A stretch of 33,783 nt of DNA, from contig NC_068983.1 of assembly GCF_001194135.2 (NCBI RefSeq), forward strand, positions 143,508,049-143,541,831, written 5' to 3'. Of the stretch, positions 1 to 11,107 are shown piece after piece. The DNA is from Octopus bimaculoides. Taxonomy: Eukaryota. The position numbers and the translations under genes are program-made. The notes beneath the pieces were generated by a model. The model worked only from the letters and a program-made list of their open reading frames with translations, did not search any database and was not told the origin of the DNA. Numbering within the stretch: position 1 is the stretch's first letter; the number at the start of each line of letters is the position of its first letter.

Positions 1-59
<59 letters not shown>

Positions 60-140
60 TACACACACACACTCACTCACACATGTGTGTACATGCATGC
101 ATGTGTGTGTGTGTACATACATACATACATATATATATAC
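1..140. repeat. Compound (AT)n/(CA)n/(TG)n microsatellite
   Basis: Directly visible dinucleotide runs. Confidence 0.95.
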
Positions 141-346
141 ATAAGATCACAAAGTTATGCTTTAATATAGATGCACAACACTGGTTTATGCAAGTACATG
201 CATGGACACACAATCACACGTGTGCACACACGCATACACACAGCAATGTTTTGTTTCTTTATGTCAGCATATAAATTAGCAATTTGATAAATATAATTCA
301 ATGAAACAACAAAGCAAACAGAGGACTGAAATTAGTATGAGATGGT

Positions 347-450
347 GGCATTGATGTGATAGACTAAAACCTTTGATGGCGAATGCCCCCATCCCCACCA
401 GCATGGTCACAGTCCAATGACTGCAACCAGTCAGAGAATAAAACAAAAGC
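347..450 (+). mobile_element. Degenerate 3' remnant of tRNA-derived octopus-type SINE
   Basis: ccagcatggtcacagtccaatgactgcaaccagtcagagaataaaa matches the 3' end of the fuller copy at 28255-28314 (ccagcatggccacagtcatatgactaaaacaagtaaaagaataaaa). Confidence 0.7.
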
Positions 451-636
451 GTAAAAGTGCAACTTCCTCCTAACACCCATTGAAAGTTGATCTTCTTTTA
501 AAATCATATTCTGTTTAACTATACAACTTTTTAACAGTCTTCTATACTTCTGTTTACTTTTATTCAAAACCTCACATTTAACCTTACATTTTGTTTCACA
601 TGACTTATGATACTATTTCAATTTGTTCTATTCCAG

Positions 637-710
637 CCATCTTAGTTCCACTGCTTATTTTCAAGCCTGCCTACCTCAATGAAGAAAGCTATTCTTTCTT
701 GTTTGAAGTG
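637..710 (+). other. Candidate exon of an unidentified, possibly decayed gene (xILVPLLIFKPAYLNEESYSFLFEV)
   Basis: Acceptor tttgttctattccag, donor GTG|gtatgc, one open frame over 74 nt. No recognisable homology. Confidence 0.3.
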
Positions 711-1305
711 GTATGCTGGTTGCATTCATTACTCAAATTGGGTTATATAAAACATGCAGTTCACTAGGTCTTTTCATTTGCCATACTTATAAATAAAGAT
801 AAGATAAAATTAGGTTTTAATGATATTAACCTACATCAGAACTTGCCACTGTTTTCTATATTCCAATCCATCTTTCACTCCATCTTCTTCTCTACTTATC
901 TATCTGTCTTTTTTTAATTCCTACTTTTATCTTTCCATTTTTCTATCAGCCCGTTTTACTTTGCATTGTTTTGCTTATTTTCATTTTCTTAAATTGAAGA
1001 ATTTAGACATGCATCTGTCTGAAGCAGCAGGGTGCTAGGTTACCAGCTGAAGGACTTATTGTTGTGTTGATGTGCTACATTAAATGCCAAAACTCTTATC
1101 TTTCAGAAATTTACTCTGCCTGACTGTAAACAGAAGAGGAAGAGCAGTACCCATGAGTCCTTTCTAGGTCTCTGGGTGGAAAGAAGGGAGACTTGGCTCC
1201 AATGTTTATAACATTGGAATCTACTAATGGCAATCAATGGCCAGGTGATGGTGACAAATGAGGTGATGGATTAAATCAAACTCCCAAGAGCAAAAACTAT
1301 CCTTT

Positions 1306-1450
1306 CAACAGGCTTCCACACAATTTCCATCTAACAAATTTCACCCACAAGACTTTGCTTGACCTGTATAACTGGCAGAAAACACTTGCCCAAGGAGACA
1401 CACAGTGGGATTGAGCACAAAACTGCATAGTTGAGAAGTGAACTTCTTAA
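1306..1450 (-). mobile_element. tRNA-derived SINE, 5' half, degenerate
   Basis: Reverse complement (tgtgattaagaagttcacttctcaac...aatcccactgtgtgtctccttgggcaagtgttttct) aligns by eye to 27945-28085. Confidence 0.75.
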
Positions 1451-2340
1451 TCACATCATCAGCTTTGATTAATTTAAATGTCCTGAATTAATGACAATAG
1501 GAAAAGTTCAGAAACAGTTTATCAGATATTAATCAACAGACATATAAGTAAAATGGCCATGTAGCTAAAGTAGTTACAAGACTCTTTGTGAGATTTGAGT
1601 TTAAACATCTTAGAATAAGAATATTTAGGTCAGGGATAGTTTAGCTATGGCACAGAGGAATATTTTATTAGCGTATGAGAAATATATATTCTTTGCTAGT
1701 GATTTTGTATGAGTTTGTTTTGTTTAAGCAGCAACCTTTAATTTGTCACACCGTCACTTAAGGACTGGATGAATGAGGTATGGGTTCTATGGTACATTAC
1801 TTCAAAACAATAATAAGTCTGAAAAAAAGAAAGAAAAATATTTGTTAGCAACAACTAACTATCTGATCAAAATAGCAACATATGTATCATTCAACCATGA
1901 TAGTGGTTGAATATATTCTTAAGTCCACCAGTTCGTCAATCGCAGCAGCTTCCAAGCTTCACCACTAATTCAGCTCTCAACTAAATTGCAAACTGTTAAC
2001 AGCTTTAGAGAAGACACCTCCTCAGCTACATTTTGGCATAAATAGTTTGAGATTTGGTTCAGTAGAAAAAAAGTTACATCAAAATATCTGCAACCTCAAA
2101 GGGGAAGTAAGGCACCTATTCACCTTCAATTAACATAGACTTTTTAATTTTAGATTAAAAGTATACCTTTATGAGGCTTAAATGATAGAAAAATGCATGA
2201 GGAATTCAGAATCACTGGTCACATTGAACAAAATTTAGTAGAAAAAGAGTTATGAGGTAAAATGTTACAAAATTTCCTGTCAGTAAGAGAGTAAGCTATA
2301 AGAATAAAGAATATATTTCTAAAATCAATGTTTACTTTGT

Positions 2341-2420
2341 AAGGCAGAGAGCTGGCAGAAATGCTTAACTGTATTTCATCTGTCTTTATGTTTTTGAGTT
2401 CAAATTTCGCCAAGGTCGAC
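2341..2420 (+). mobile_element. SINE 5' fragment (second octopus-type family)
   Basis: gagctggcagaa...gagttcaaatttcgccaaggtcgac matches the copy at 18381-18480. Confidence 0.7.
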
Positions 2421-2682
2421 ATTGACGTACAGATTATTTCATTAATTTTTTTTTAACTGAACACTTTCAAACATCCCATTCTGGTAGAATGTGTCACATA
2501 GAACAGGGTTTACTCTTAACATTTTGGACAAAATTTTGTTTTTTAAAAGTTATTTCATCAGAAGTTACAGAGTGACAATGGACAAATTTGTGTTTGATAA
2601 GTGCCAATTCATGAAACTCTCAGCTTTTGACTTACTCTCTAACTTCTGGCAATTATATATATATACATATTACATATATGTG

Positions 2683-2930
2683 TAAAAAAACTCATCACAC
2701 AATCGAACCAATGAAAGAGCCTCTACCTGGTCGCTCGGCATGCTAAAAATAACAGCCAAAGTATCCCCCTACCTAAATCACATGCCCATTTTATGTAATG
2801 TCCTAGATTATCCCTAAAAGGACGGTTTGCTGAAGGCTGCAATGTCTTTGATGACAGGTTGGCAGTATCAGGGTTGATTTGAGGATACATAACAACAGCA
2901 ATATGGTACATTTCTATATTAACACCCACA
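2683..2930. repeat. Interspersed repeat fragment (ctgctagaaata-type), related pieces at about 7800-7990, 8264-8420 and 8820-8960
   Basis: Shared degenerate motif (c)atgct/ctgctagaaataacagccaaa...ctcaaatcac recurs in all four regions. Family not identified. Confidence 0.55.
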
Positions 2931-3004
2931 CGATTAGTACTTTTCCAGGTTTATAATCTTAAGAATATTACTTTTCATGCTTGCATTTTTCCATGTAAAA
3001 TATA

Positions 3005-3136
3005 TCATCATCATCGTTTAACGTCCGCTTTCCATGCTAGCATGGGTTGGACGATTTGACTGAGGACTGGTGAAACCGGATGGCAACACCAGGCTCCAAT
3101 CTAAATTTGGCAGAGTTTCTACAGCTGGATGCCCTT
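3005..3136 (-). mobile_element. Young 5'-truncated retroposon 3' tail ending in (GAT)n, RTE-like
   Basis: Nearly identical to copies at 20759, 26940 and 29273. Ends GGACGTTAAAC(GAT)n. RTE assignment is recalled, not searched. Confidence 0.8.
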
Positions 3137-3926
3137 GTGTGTGGATGGATGGACGGACAGACGGACACATTCTCATATATGTTGCTATAAAAACATCTCT
3201 GGTTATTAAAGAAGGGTTTTGTTAGGGAAGATTTTCACCTTAAAAAACAAAATTCGGTGAAATTGTAGCTAAAAATTAAATTTAAGATGTAGATCATAGG
3301 ATTGATTAATGATTATCTATGAACAAAATTCATAAATAAAAAAAATTAACGAGAACATTTTCTTAAATTTGGAAATTAAAAACGTTTTTTTTAGTTTATA
3401 AAATTGTTTTAATTCATGAAAAACTAAATATTTACATAAATTTGAAGGTACAATAATAGTAATGTTTTATTGCAAAATTAGGTTACTTAAGGTGAGCCTG
3501 GTAACTGATAGTTTTGGGGGTCTTGTTGTTTGTAACTTTTGGTCAGCCATGGTGCAACCAACAACATGGTAAAAATCTCTGCCATTAATTTGGTATGGAT
3601 GGGTAATATCAAATAATTCAATCACAGCATATATTTAAATTAATCACAAAAAAATTGAAATATTATTATCACTTACATGGAAAAACTGAAATATTATCTT
3701 TTAGTATTTTATAAGGTAAAATCTTAAATTATTAATTGACACATTATTGATTGTCTTATAACAGCAATGCCTGGAAAAATCATGGGTTACATGGAAAAAT
3801 GAAAGCATGAAAAGTAATATTCTTAAGATTATAAACCTGGAAAAGTACAGGACAAGTTATTACAACTGTAAAAATATAGGACAAGTAAAGAATAAGAAAC
3901 TTTTTACTTAAAATATTGCAGCTAAA

Positions 3927-3988
3927 NNNNNNNNNNNNNNNNNNNNNNNNNNNNNNNNNNNNNNNNNNNNNNNNNNNNNNNNNNNNNN
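3927..3988. other. Assembly gap (others: 14110-14605, 20992-21267, 23349-23405, 24024-24033, 26900-26909, 29408-29588, 32454-32685)
   Basis: Runs of N. Confidence 1.
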
Positions 3989-5244
3989 TGAATATTAAAA
4001 CTTATTTTATTATAGTTTACAAATAACACTATACTTATTTAAGTAGAATTTGGCTAATTTACTACCTTAAATACAGAAAAAAGTGACTAATTAGACAAAC
4101 TTACAAATTAGCTGAACAGTTTGTACAATAAATTTAAAAGATGAGAACTGCAAAGGGATAAATTAGAAGAACTGGCATTCTTTGCTGCAATATTTTAAGT
4201 AAAAAGTTTCTTATTCTTTACTTTACTTGAAGTAATAGCTTGTCCTATACTTATACAGGTGTAATAACTTGTCCTGTACTTTTCCAGGTTTATAATCTTA
4301 AGAATATTACTTTTCATGCTCGCATTTTTCCATGTAATTACTTTTGTGCCTTAAGTTTACTGATATTGTCTGTGATTGACATTATATCATCAAAGAATTG
4401 ACCATGTATTTAGTTAAATCTGTTATTTGGTTGTAATGCTTTCAAGGACATTGGTAGACAGGGTACCCTGATCCAGTATTTCCTCATTTTTTATAGAGTT
4501 ATTAAAATAGTATCTTTGTAACACCTTCAGTTAAGGAAATGTAATTACAAAGTAAAGAAATTTTTTCATATTTTATTTACTTTTTTTTAGCCTTACAAAG
4601 ATGTAGTTCAGATACTTAATAATCTTTTGAAGATTTTGAGATTACAAAGAGAAATACTTAAAAACTGAAAGCAATTGATAATATTATTTAGACAATTATT
4701 ATAAATGATGTGGTATGTGTTTTGCTCCAGAAAGCCATAACCAAATACATAAACTAAAAGCAAGTAGTTCCACTTGGCAATAATTTCAAAGCTAAAGCCT
4801 AAACCCCTTAATGGTTTGTGAGGGAGATGCCTGTCTTTGATGTTGCTGCCTCAAATCATCAGGTCAGCAGACAGGTCATATTTATATTTGGATCAAGTCA
4901 TCATTTCTGGAAGTAGTCGTTTGATGTTTATTTCATCTTCTGTCTTCACTACAGGAGGATACTAGAGAATACAATCTTCTGTTCACAGGAGATTACAAAT
5001 GTATTTTTATCTTCAGCTGCGACTAACTTCTAAACATTCACAAATGTGAGTGACTGAGTAATGAAGTTCCATGATTGATTAGTGAGTGAGTGAGCGAGTG
5101 TGTCTCTGATTGGTTGAAAAATTTGTTTGGTGGATAATGGGAAATCAACACTTTGTCAGATAATACATTCTATAGAATCTTGTTTTAATTTTGTAAACAA
5201 TTGCAGCTGCTGAGAAGATAATTTGATGCACAAGGAATAATTTA

Positions 5245-5470
5245 TATCTTTATTTTATTATTTATTTCAGTCATTGGAGAACCACCTTGAATTTTTTAGT
5301 TGTGTGAATTGACCCCAGTACTTCTTTTTTTCAGCCTGGTACTTATTCTGTTGGTCACTTTTGTTGAACTGCTAAATTACTGAGATGCAAACACACCAAC
5401 ACTGGTTGTCAGGTGGTGGTGGTGGTGGTATAGGCAGAGACAGAAAGACACACACGCATAGATATACATA
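5245..5470 (-). mobile_element. tRNA-derived SINE, 3' half
   Basis: tttcagtcatt...ctggtacttattctgttggtc...aaacacaccaacactggttgtca is the reverse complement of the SINE body seen at 22660-22810 and 28140-28310. Confidence 0.75.
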
Positions 5471-5488
5471 CATGCATACATACATATA

Positions 5489-6374
5489 CAGGGGGTGGTG
5501 AATAAACTGCCATCTAAATTACGCAAAAATGAAAATAATCCTGATATCTGATTTTAACAGATATATTTACCAAAATTACATAAAAATATCTAGAAAAACT
5601 TAAGAGTAAATTTATTCAATAAAATCGCCATTGGCTTCAATCACAGCCGCCAAATGACTTCAGAATATCCTGCAATTCTTCTGGACGGTCCCCTTGTTTA
5701 AGTTGGTGAATGCTGCCATAAACCTTGCTTTCAGTTTACCTTTGGTGTTACAAGGAGTTTTGTTGGTCTCTCATTCAACTGTGCCCCACACGTAATAATC
5801 AAGTGGTTGCAATCTGGGGAGTTTAGGTGGCCAGACGTTACGGGTGATGTAATCACAGAAATTGTCTGACAGCCATGATTGGGTTCTCCTGCTTGTGTGA
5901 CATGGTGCAGAGTCCTGTTGCCAGACATAGGGTCCTCCAGCAGCCACCCTCTTGACCCAGGGCAGCACTACCTCCTCCAGGCACTTGATATAGGTCTCGG
6001 TGTTGAGTCTGAGGCCATGTGGGAAGATGAATAGAGGTATAACGTCACCATAACTAATGATCACTTCAAACATCATGATGTTGACTGGATGTTTGATTTT
6101 TATCACTCTCGGTACATCTCAGATTGCACTGTCCTCAGATTGACATCCAAACACTCTGAAATGTTCATACTGGAACTTCCAGCATGAATGCCAAGCAGTA
6201 CAGCATGTCGTTTCCAAATTTCTGGCAGAGAGAATTGTGTCATGGTGCTGTTTTTCTCACAGATGGTGCCCAACTGACCCTGCTATACTGCGTAGTTGAC
6301 AAAATCAAAAACAAACAATATGCATGTGTGAAATTAAAAATATCAAATTGCGACAATTTACCCATTGCACCCTA
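5489..6374 (-). mobile_element. Internally deleted Tc1/mariner element of the DD37D (maT) family
   Basis: TA-flanked degenerate TIRs (cagggggtggtgaataaactgcc vs reverse complement tagggtgcaatgggtaaattgtcgc) enclose transposase remnants. Confidence 0.85.
5612..6243 (-). pseudogene. DD37D transposase pseudogene (N-terminal stub fused to C-terminal catalytic part)
   Basis: MTQFSLPEIWKRHAVLLG... then ...YVWQQDSAPCHTSRRTQSWLSDNFCDYITRNVWPP[NSPDCNP]LDYYVWG... ending ANGDFIE*. There are 37 residues between the second and third D. Stops and frameshifts present. Confidence 0.9.
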
Positions 6375-6384
6375 TATATCTGAT

Positions 6385-6511
6385 CTAGCTGTAGAAACAC
6401 TGCCAGATCAGGTTGGAGCCTGGTGCAGCCTCCTGACTTGCCAGTCCCCAGTCAAACTGTCTAACCCACACCAGCATGGAAAACGGACGTTAAACGATGA
6501 TAACGATGATA

Positions 6512-6512
<1 letters not shown>
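6385..6512 (+). mobile_element. Older RTE-like 3' tail copy
   Basis: agctgtagaaacactgccagatcaggttggagcctggtg...acggacgttaaacgatgat. Confidence 0.8.
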
Positions 6513-6549
<37 letters not shown>

Positions 6550-6773
6550 CAAAATAAGCAGCAGGATCTCAAGTAGTGATGCAATACGACCTTTTCATGC
6601 GACTCCATTTAATTGAACAATACAATCATTACATCAGTTTAAATGCAGTGCCATCTTCAGCTGTACAAATAAATAAATAGAATTTTAACCAGTCAGACAC
6701 ATTAATATAATTTTTCTCAAATATTTTAACAGAGCAAGAAGATGAAAGATATCTATGTTGTCGCTATTGTAGC

Positions 6774-7038
6774 TATTGTGCGATGGACAAATTGTCACCA
6801 TTTTATATTTTTAATTTCACACATGCACATTGTTTGTTTTTGATTTTGTCAACTACACAGTATAGCAGGGTCAGTTGGGCACCGTCTGTAAGAAAAACAG
6901 CACCATGATGCAATTCACTCTGCCTGAAATTTGGAAACGACATGCTGTACTGCTTGGCAATCGTGCTGGAAGCTCCAATACAAACATTTCAGAGTGTTTG
7001 GGTGTCAGTCTGAGAACAGTGCAATCTGAGGGGATGTA
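6774..7038 (+). mobile_element. Second, inverted 5' fragment of the same maT element
   Basis: Reverse-complement match to 6112-6374. Encodes MMQFTLPEIWKRHAVLLGNRAGSSNTNISECLGVSLRTVQ. Confidence 0.9.
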
Positions 7039-7039
7039 C

Positions 7040-7077
<38 letters not shown>

Positions 7078-7082
<5 letters not shown>

Positions 7083-7225
7083 ACAGGCTGCTTTCTGTTT
7101 CGGTTTACCAGATCTACTCACAAGGCCTGAGGCTATAGTAGAGAACATTTGCCCAAAGTGCCATGCAGTGGGACTGAACCTGGAACAATGTGGCTGTGAA
7201 GCAAGCTTCTAACCACACAGTCACA
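7078..7225 (-). mobile_element. tRNA-derived SINE, 5' half, with adjacent (TG)n
   Basis: Reverse complement gtgactgtgtggttagaagcttgcttcacagccacattgttccaggttcagtcccactgcatggcactttgggc matches 27938-28015. Confidence 0.8.
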
Positions 7226-7990
7226 TTCCTTTGTAAATTCTATAGTCTTTTACAGTAAACATGCCTTAATTTCTCTTCAAATACTTGTATGTTGTTCTGT
7301 GTATTATTATAGCCAGGCCTGCCTTATATCAGGTAATTATAAAGTTTATGTACCATATAAAAATTATGAACTACTCATGGCCCAAAACTCTGTGGGTCAG
7401 TTATTTATCAATTATAAGTGATAATTATGTGTTGCAAATTGCCACTTGAAAACTATGTAAACGAGTATGTGCAATTACAATAAATTAACTCACTATAGTG
7501 AATTATGGGTGGAATGTTACAGTAAGTGAGACATTTTAAAATTTTATTTACCTATTTAGCTTCTTCAGGGTGTCAGCTCAACCAGTCATCATCAACAAAA
7601 AACATTCAAATAAAAGCAGCAGCAGAAGAGCTTTACAAGAAATATGGTGTGAAAATTTAGTATGATTAAAAATGTGATAAAAAGCATATACAACTTATAT
7701 TTTGAAACAGTAATGTGCAGATGTGCAGGACTTCCTCTTTAAAGCAACATTACAAAACTGATTCAAGATGAGTTGAACAAAGCACTGAAAGCTAATTAAA
7801 CTCAACAAGGGACAACATGGTTTCTAGGACCTGCTAGAAATAACCACCAAATTGCTTTCAAATTCATAGCCTACCGTCTTGCACCAAATAAGGAGCCTTT
7901 ATATGGTCACTTGATCTATTAGAAATAAGAACTAAATCCCCTTCGAATTACACCCCGCTACCTTGAACCAATGAGAGAGAGACTTTACAT

Positions 7991-8263
7991 CAGTAGTTGC
8001 CAACCTTTTGTAGCTTAGTTCCCTTTTCACTGAATGGTGTTTTACAAATGTCCTCTTCCCCAGAGAGCATTCTATCCAATGCCCTACTGTTTCAACCTTG
8101 ATAAAAAGTTTTGAAAAGTGTGTTTAAAATATAAGTATAGTACTTGCATAAATACTTTATTCCCATAAAACATCCCAATCCTCCAAACACCCACATTTGC
8201 CATCCCACATTGTGAACTCACAAGATCACAAAAGGGTGCTACTGCCCATGTTAAAAATCACTG
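7991..8263. mobile_element. Possible old hAT-type MITE inserted in another repeat
   Basis: Ends cagtagttgccaacc / tgttaaaaatcactg resemble the hAT MITE terminus CAGTGGTTCCCAACC. No 8-bp TSD is recoverable. Confidence 0.4.
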
Positions 8264-9512
8264 TTACTTGACTTGCTAAAAACATAAACCAAATCACACA
8301 CAATATGTTAAAAAACAGGTTGATACGTTTGATAATATAGATTTACACTAGGTCTGACAAAAAAATGAGATGGCCATAACTTGAATGTTTAGATCAGTCA
8401 TGGACAACCTGAAGGCTATGGGGCTTTCTGAATGTCATGCCTAATGAATAATTTACCTTGGATTATTTTAGTAGTGTGAACCATTTAATGATAAGCTTTG
8501 TCTCATGCAACCTGCTTCTCAAAATGGGTAACCTATGCCTGGTTTAGACCATAATTCTGTTCAATAAGAGCACATCAAAATAAACTTAGAATGACTGAAT
8601 CAACTCTAATAATAGTTGAAGTATCATTCTTTTTCATTTCAGTGTAAGCATCTTATAAAATAAATGATTTTGTCTAAAATTAAATACAAATGCAGGTTAG
8701 ACAATAAAGCTCTGATGAAAAGTAGGCTCTTCTTGGTGTAGGTCTATGTTTTGTTTAAGAAAAGGGTTATATTTGAAGTGGATTAGGCAGCTATATTAAC
8801 CAAGTAGTGAGACAACATAAAAGCTTGAACCAACAAGGGAACCTCCATGTGTTTCCTTAACCTGCTAGAAATAATTGCCAAATCTTTCTCAGATCATACC
8901 CGAATATCTCAAAAAAGAACACATTGGACAATGCAATGCTAGGCACATTATATCTTCTACAAATGAGGATGGTCCTGAATGGAATGTCTATGAGCATAGG
9001 TTTCCTGAATCAGGGGTGACCTGGAAGAAGACAACAACAATAACAAGAGCTAAACAAAAGTACTGCTGCTCGCTAGCTCACATTTGACTGGCAGCCAAAT
9101 TCTAGAAGTTACAGCCAATGGGAGTGGGGGAAAATCAATAGATCAACATATTGTACAATGTAGTAACATAATTTATTTACAAAAGAATATGTAATGGGGG
9201 AAATAGAAGTTCTTATTCATAATGACTATTTAACCTGTCCTGCATAAAGAAAGAATGAGCCATTTATTTATATGTATGTATGTGTGTGTGTGTGTGTGTG
9301 ATATATTTGATATTCTTTCTTTCCATTCTATTTCCTTTTGATAGACATTATTGTCATAGCTCTAATTAATTTTTTAATTTCTCTTAAAGTGCTCAGTAAG
9401 AAATTAAAAGTTAATTAGAGCTATGACAATAATGTCTCTCAAAACGAAAAAGAATGGAGAGAAAGAATCTCAAATATATCATACACATGCGCACACACAC
9501 ACACTCACACAC

Positions 9513-9555
<43 letters not shown>

Positions 9556-10406
9556 CATTTACATGGTGGTCTACTGCATAGTTTCTATATTAGTTTTGGA
9601 TGGCAGGATGGCAAAAAATCAGTATGTCAAACAAAAATATTCGCCATATCAACTGATTTCAGTTACTTCCCATTACAACTATTTTTAATTTTTCTTTTTT
9701 CCTCTCAAGTGAATAAAAATAAGAACTACACAAAGAACTGGGAGCAACACAATCAAAGTTCTTGCTCGCAATGCTCCAACATTGCTGCAGTCGAATGATT
9801 AAAACAAATAAAATAATAAAAGGATATATACATACATAATTATGTGTGTATAAGTGTGTGTGTTGTATGTCCATCTGTCACCTCTTACCCTCAAATCACA
9901 TACGACCAAATGGTGCTGTATAGCATCTACATCTTGTCTCACCTACAGACCATCAGTTGACATCAAGCCATCCTCTGTATATATAACATGCATATTATTT
10001 CCTTTCCAGCAGTGTGTATTACAAATTGATCAACCCGCTTTTCAATTACCACTTCCAACACTGTTTCTCCTCCATTACTCCCTCTCTTACCCACCTCTCA
10101 CCCAATCACTCAGTGTCTCACAACATACTCTCAGTCCCTTCATCCACTCACTTTTGTTCTTCTGTCATTGCTCTCTCTATAACTCACCCTTTTGATTACA
10201 TTGCCTTGAATGAACAGAGACATTGTAGAATTGTAAAGACTCATTAGTTTTGTAAGGCTCAACACAACCACATTGGTACAGTTGCAACAATAAAATGCAC
10301 CCAATAGTCTCTGTACAGTTGTTGGAAAATGCACAGAGACATGCAGAGTCAAGAGGACCTTTTATTCTGACTGAGGATATAACAGCCTCTCTCCAATGTT
10401 GGTACT

Positions 10407-11107
10407 ATATTCCCCGTATTTTGTTTTATGAGTTCAATAAATGCAACAATACAATGGAAAGTGTGAGGACTATTAATGCAGTATATAAGGATCAGACAAT
10501 AAGCATAATCCAGCGATGGTTTCAGAGCCAGAAACTACAGCCTAGAATATGAGCCATGTCTTGGAAGAGCTGTAGAGCTCGATGAGTATGTCCTGCAAAC
10601 CCTGGTGGAACAAAATCCCATCATAACTATTGAGGAACTAGCAGAGAAGCTTGGATTTAGTCATTCAACTAGTCATTCAAGTCAGCACTAGAAGAAAAAT
10701 GACCATCTTTGGTTTCAAGATGGAAGGTGTTCTTCCATCAGAATAAAGCTCAGCCACATACAGCAAGGATGACATTCCAGAGGCTGGAGCAGTTTGAATG
10801 AGAAATAATGCCCCACCTACCATATTCGCTGGACATTACTTCATCTGATTATTATTTATTTTGCAGTCATTTTGGACTGAAAAAATATGAATTCTGTAGA
10901 CATGGTCAGAACAGTACAGGAGGAGTATTTTTCATTATGGACAAGGGAATTTTGGAAGAGGCGCCTTGAAAGTCTCCAGATAGATGGAAGAGCATCGTAG
11001 AAAATGAAGGAGAGCATATTTTAGATTAAAAAAGAGCTTTGTTTATCTTAATTTTGAAAAATAAAATAAGTATTAAAAAATAGCATTATTTAGGGGATTA
11101 CCCAATA
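10407..11107 (+). pseudogene. 5'-truncated, internally deleted mariner (DD34D-type) transposase remnant with right TIR
   Basis: IPRILFYEFNK..IQRWFQ; LVEQNPIITIEELAEKLGFSHST (helix-turn-helix); FHQNKAQPHT (cf. HQDNARPH); PYSLDITSSDYYLF (cf. YSPDLAPSDY); C-terminal WKSIVENEGEHILD*. Terminus gcattatttaggggattacccaata runs into (TA)n. Confidence 0.9.

Larger units (their letters stand above)
2937..4337. repeat. Inverted-repeat/foldback cluster: 2937-2998 (+), 3787-3926 (-), 4181-4337 (+)
   Basis: gtacttttccaggtttataatcttaagaatattacttttcatgct.gcatttttccatgtaa is present at 2937 and 4277 and as a reverse complement at 3787-3848. The 3787-3926 and 4181-4337 arms match over about 140 bp. Confidence 0.9.

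Noticed and set aside
276-476. Hydrophobic minus-strand ORF faintly resembling NIPA-type transporters (GMGAFAIK)
   Set aside because: It overlaps a SINE 3' remnant on the other strand; the similarity is superficial.
3060-3085. CTGAGGA...GAAAC in the RTE-like tails as a hammerhead
   Set aside because: Only 5 unpaired nucleotides lie between the motifs, with no stem II or stem I.
4832-4862. Minus-strand CTGATGA-TTTGA..TCAAA-GACA hammerhead-like string
   Set aside because: GAAA is replaced by GACA, and there is no stem III, UH triplet or stem I; probably chance.
5100-9125. CCAAT-box-like words at about 5106 (gattgg) and 9115 (agccaatg) as promoters
   Set aside because: Isolated short motifs with no supporting TSS, CpG enrichment or adjacent gene.
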